DNA of 64,000 bases from a candidate division FCPU426 bacterium. GTDB taxonomy: Bacteria; Oederibacteriota; Muellerivitia; Muellerivitales; Muellerivitaceae. The translations under genes and the position numbers were made by a program. Below the pieces are notes generated by a model. It searched no databases and was not told the DNA's origin. It saw nothing but the letters and a program-made list of their open reading frames with translations. Where the stretch lies: contig CAWCKJ010000003.1 in NCBI GenBank assembly GCA_963796105.1, positions 480,001 to 544,000 on the forward strand, given 5' to 3'. Below are positions 61,359 through 64,000 of the stretch, in pieces (the stretch's first letter is position 1; every line of letters starts with the position of its first letter).

Positions 61359-61805
61359 TTGATCTTGTTATCCACACAATCCATTTTCAGCCATCTCCGC
61401 CGGGTCCTCCAGAAAGCCTATTTCCTGCAATACCTGAACACGAACGAGTTTGGCCAACTGGTGGGTGCTCTTCGGGCGATAAGGGTCTTTAAAGGCTACG
61501 AAATCATCCGCCAGGGCGACCCGGGCGACGCCTTCTACCTCATCGCCACGGGCAAAGTATCCGTTTGGGTGGATAAAGGCCCCAGCCGGGAGAAGGTGGC
61601 CGAGCTTCGGGCCGATGATTATTTCGGGGAAATGTCCCTGATTTCCAACGAGCCCCGCAACGCCACGGTTGCCGCGGAAGGGGTTACGGAACTTTTCATC
61701 CTGGAAAAGGTCAATTTCGACAAGATTCTCATGAAAAACCCCGCCATCGCCGATAAGCTCCGCAAAGCCTACGTCGCCCGCATGGCCATGAACCAGCCGG
61801 ATTAA
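61359..61805 (+). CDS. Stand-alone cNMP-binding domain protein
   Basis: IIRQGDPGDAFYLIA.G, YFGEMSL...PRNATV. Confidence 0.88.
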   Translation: MILLSTQSIFSHLRRVLQKAYFLQYLNTNEFGQLVGALRAIRVFKGYEIIRQGDPGDAFYLIATGKVSVWVDKGPSREKVAELRADDYFGEMSLISNEPRNATVAAEGVTELFILEKVNFDKILMKNPAIADKLRKAYVARMAMNQPD

Positions 61806-62080
61806 ATTCTAAATTTTGAATTTAAAGTTTTAAATTAATGAAATTTATTTTTTCGCACTCTTCTTGTCCTTTATCCCCCGTTTTTTCCGTAATCCCCAAA
61901 AATTAACCGCACATAAATAGGCACCGACCCCAAGAAAACAAATTTAACTTTTCCCCAGGGCGCTTCGGGGCTACCCTAATCGCCGTGCGGTTGAGGGCCA
62001 AAGCCCGCCCTTTTAATCCGGCGGGTCCGAATTCACACGCCTCGCACGCGGTTACAAAAACCAAAAGGGGGTATCGATCC

Positions 62081-63721
62081 ATGAGAATTTCTAAAAGCAA
62101 CGGCCCATTGAACGTCCAGGCGATTTCGGGAACATACGTGGTACTGCTGGGGATGAATATGAGCGCGGAGTCCTCCAAAGGCCTCCTGGGTTTCTCCATC
62201 TGCCGGACGGACCACACTGAAAACGAGAAATACTGGCTGAAAAGCTTCAAGACTTTCAAGGAAACGGACCCCAACCCCGCGCCGGGATCGCTCGTTTCCA
62301 CCCAGGAAAACCCGATCCAGGGTTTTCACTGGGGCGACTATACCGCCAAGCCGAACCACCAATACAGTTACGAGGTGGTCCCGGTGTACGGCATTCCCAA
62401 GAACCTGAAACCGGGGCCTTCAGTCCTATTGGATGTTTCCACCCAGAACGAGGACCAGGGACGGCACGCGGTTTATTTCAACCGGGGCGTGGCGGGAAGC
62501 CAGGCCTTCGCCCGGAAATTCCCGAACGCGGACCTGACGAAAAGCCCGGACCCTGACGCCCTGGCCTGGCTTTCCCGCGGATTGGTAGAGGCCATGCTGG
62601 CCTACATCGGCCGGGCCAAGGGGAAAAAATTCTCCCTGCGGGCCGCCGTGTACGAGTTCAACTACCTCCCCGTCCTCCAGGCCTTCGGCGCGGCGGCCAA
62701 GACCGGCGCGGACGTGAAGATCGTCTATGACGCGCGCAAGGGAAAGGGCAAGCCCGTCGCCGCGAGCCAAGCAGCCATCAAGGCCGCCAAGATCCAGGAA
62801 CTGGTGATCCCCCGCACCGCGAACCCCTCCTATATCGCCCACAATAAATTCATCGTGCTCCTCGTGGACGGGAAACCCACCGAGGTCTGGACCGGCTCCA
62901 CGAACTTCACCGCCGGGGGCATCTTCGGCCATTCCAACGTGGGGCATATCGTCCGCGACGAAAATACCGCCCAGGCCTACCTGGATTACTGGGACAGGCT
63001 TTCCCAGGACCCCCTCGTGAAGGACCTGGCCCCGGAGAACCTGTCCGCGACGCCCACCCCCCAGGGAACCCTGGCCGGCGGGGCCCTGGAAGCGGCTTTC
63101 AGCCCCAGGCCGGACCTGGGAATCCTGGAATGGTACGCCGCCCAGATGGACAAGCAGAAGAACGCCTGCTTTACGGCCGCCTTCGGGGTCAATGAACTCC
63201 TGGCAAAAGTATTGGCCAAGCAGAGGGATTACCTGCGCTATATCCTCCTGGACCAGCCGGGAAAGACCTATTCGGAGTTCAGCAGGGTCAAGAACAACGA
63301 GATCGCCGTGGGGGCGGTCCTGGACGCCACGGACGATTTCCAGCGCTGGTTGAGCGAGCACTTGACCGGCTTGAACGCGCACGTGCCCTACCTGCACACC
63401 AAGTACCTGTTGCTGGACCCCCTGGGGGATAATCCCACCGTCATCAGCGGGTCGGCGAATTTCAGCGACGCTTCCACCCTGAAAAACGACGAGAACATGG
63501 TCCTCATCCAGGGCAACAAGGACGTGGCGGATATTTACTTGGGGGAATTCATGAGGCTTTTCGACCATTATTTCTTCAGGGACTACGCCAATCAGGCGGC
63601 GAAGGGCGGGAAAAAACCAACTTACGATCCAGCCCACCTCGCTTCGGACGATTCCTGGGCCAAGCCTTATTTCATCAGCGGATCGGCGAAGGAATTGATC
63701 AGGAATTTCTTTTGCCCATAA
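62081..63721 (+). CDS. Phospholipase D superfamily protein (two HKD-type motifs)
   Basis: HNKFIVL...WTGSTNF and HTKYLLLD...SGSANFS..NDEN. Confidence 0.88.
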   Translation: MRISKSNGPLNVQAISGTYVVLLGMNMSAESSKGLLGFSICRTDHTENEKYWLKSFKTFKETDPNPAPGSLVSTQENPIQGFHWGDYTAKPNHQYSYEVVPVYGIPKNLKPGPSVLLDVSTQNEDQGRHAVYFNRGVAGSQAFARKFPNADLTKSPDPDALAWLSRGLVEAMLAYIGRAKGKKFSLRAAVYEFNYLPVLQAFGAAAKTGADVKIVYDARKGKGKPVAASQAAIKAAKIQELVIPRTANPSYIAHNKFIVLLVDGKPTEVWTGSTNFTAGGIFGHSNVGHIVRDENTAQAYLDYWDRLSQDPLVKDLAPENLSATPTPQGTLAGGALEAAFSPRPDLGILEWYAAQMDKQKNACFTAAFGVNELLAKVLAKQRDYLRYILLDQPGKTYSEFSRVKNNEIAVGAVLDATDDFQRWLSEHLTGLNAHVPYLHTKYLLLDPLGDNPTVISGSANFSDASTLKNDENMVLIQGNKDVADIYLGEFMRLFDHYFFRDYANQAAKGGKKPTYDPAHLASDDSWAKPYFISGSAKELIRNFFCP

Positions 63722-63740
63722 GGGCGGTAAGTTCAGGGGA

Positions 63741-63989
63741 TTATTTGGCGGGAGTGAATCTTGAAAGATAGGTTTTAAACAGATTCATATCTTCCTCTTT
63801 CATGGCGAGAAAACGGATTCCGCCTCCCCTTTCATTCGTCCAAACCACCTCGGTCATGGCTTTCAATTTTTCCGCCAGATCGGGGATCGAAATAGTGAGG
63901 CTCAAGATGCTTTTGTTCTTGAGCGCCTCGGCCGACGCGATGAACAGGCCTCCCAGGCTGATATTCAAGGTGTGCGCTTGTTTCTCCAT
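63741..63989 (-). CDS. PilZ-domain protein (may extend beyond window)
   Basis: NISLGG, EVVW, GIRF; paralog of 41549-41827. Confidence 0.75.
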   Translation of the reverse strand: MEKQAHTLNISLGGLFIASAEALKNKSILSLTISIPDLAEKLKAMTEVVWTNERGGGIRFLAMKEEDMNLFKTYLSRFTPAK

Positions 63990-64000
63990 TTTATTGCGCT

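Overview
Bacterial chromosomal window, mostly accessory DNA. Its Thr/Pro-repeat and NHL surface proteins resemble those of candidate phylum FCPU426, but that assignment is only an impression. The left end carries anaerobic core genes: a peroxiredoxin, a DHOD-like protein, pyruvate:ferredoxin oxidoreductase and an MBL-cNMP protein. From about 8 to 39 kb is a heavily rearranged region with three toxin-antitoxin pairs and four IS21 copies, one nested inside another's istA with a 6-bp TSD. It also holds two helically phased short-repeat arrays flanking the outer IS21, a 3-ORF element with two DDE integrase domains, fragments of a giant Thr/Pro-NHL-RHS toxin-like gene, an unusual ParB-HTH-transmembrane-PDZ protein, and an IS1595 inserted into a TA operator palindrome. 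At 42.3 kb a 3' half of tRNA-Phe marks the att end of an integrated element that extends rightwards. That element carries a frameshifted integrase, an excisionase, two Fic genes, NHL proteins sharing a duplicated structured leader, an IS4, a zeta-like ATPase, ORF6N and HigBA. No CRISPR-cas, rRNA or intact tRNA was seen. All calls come from reading the sequence by eye; no database search was run.
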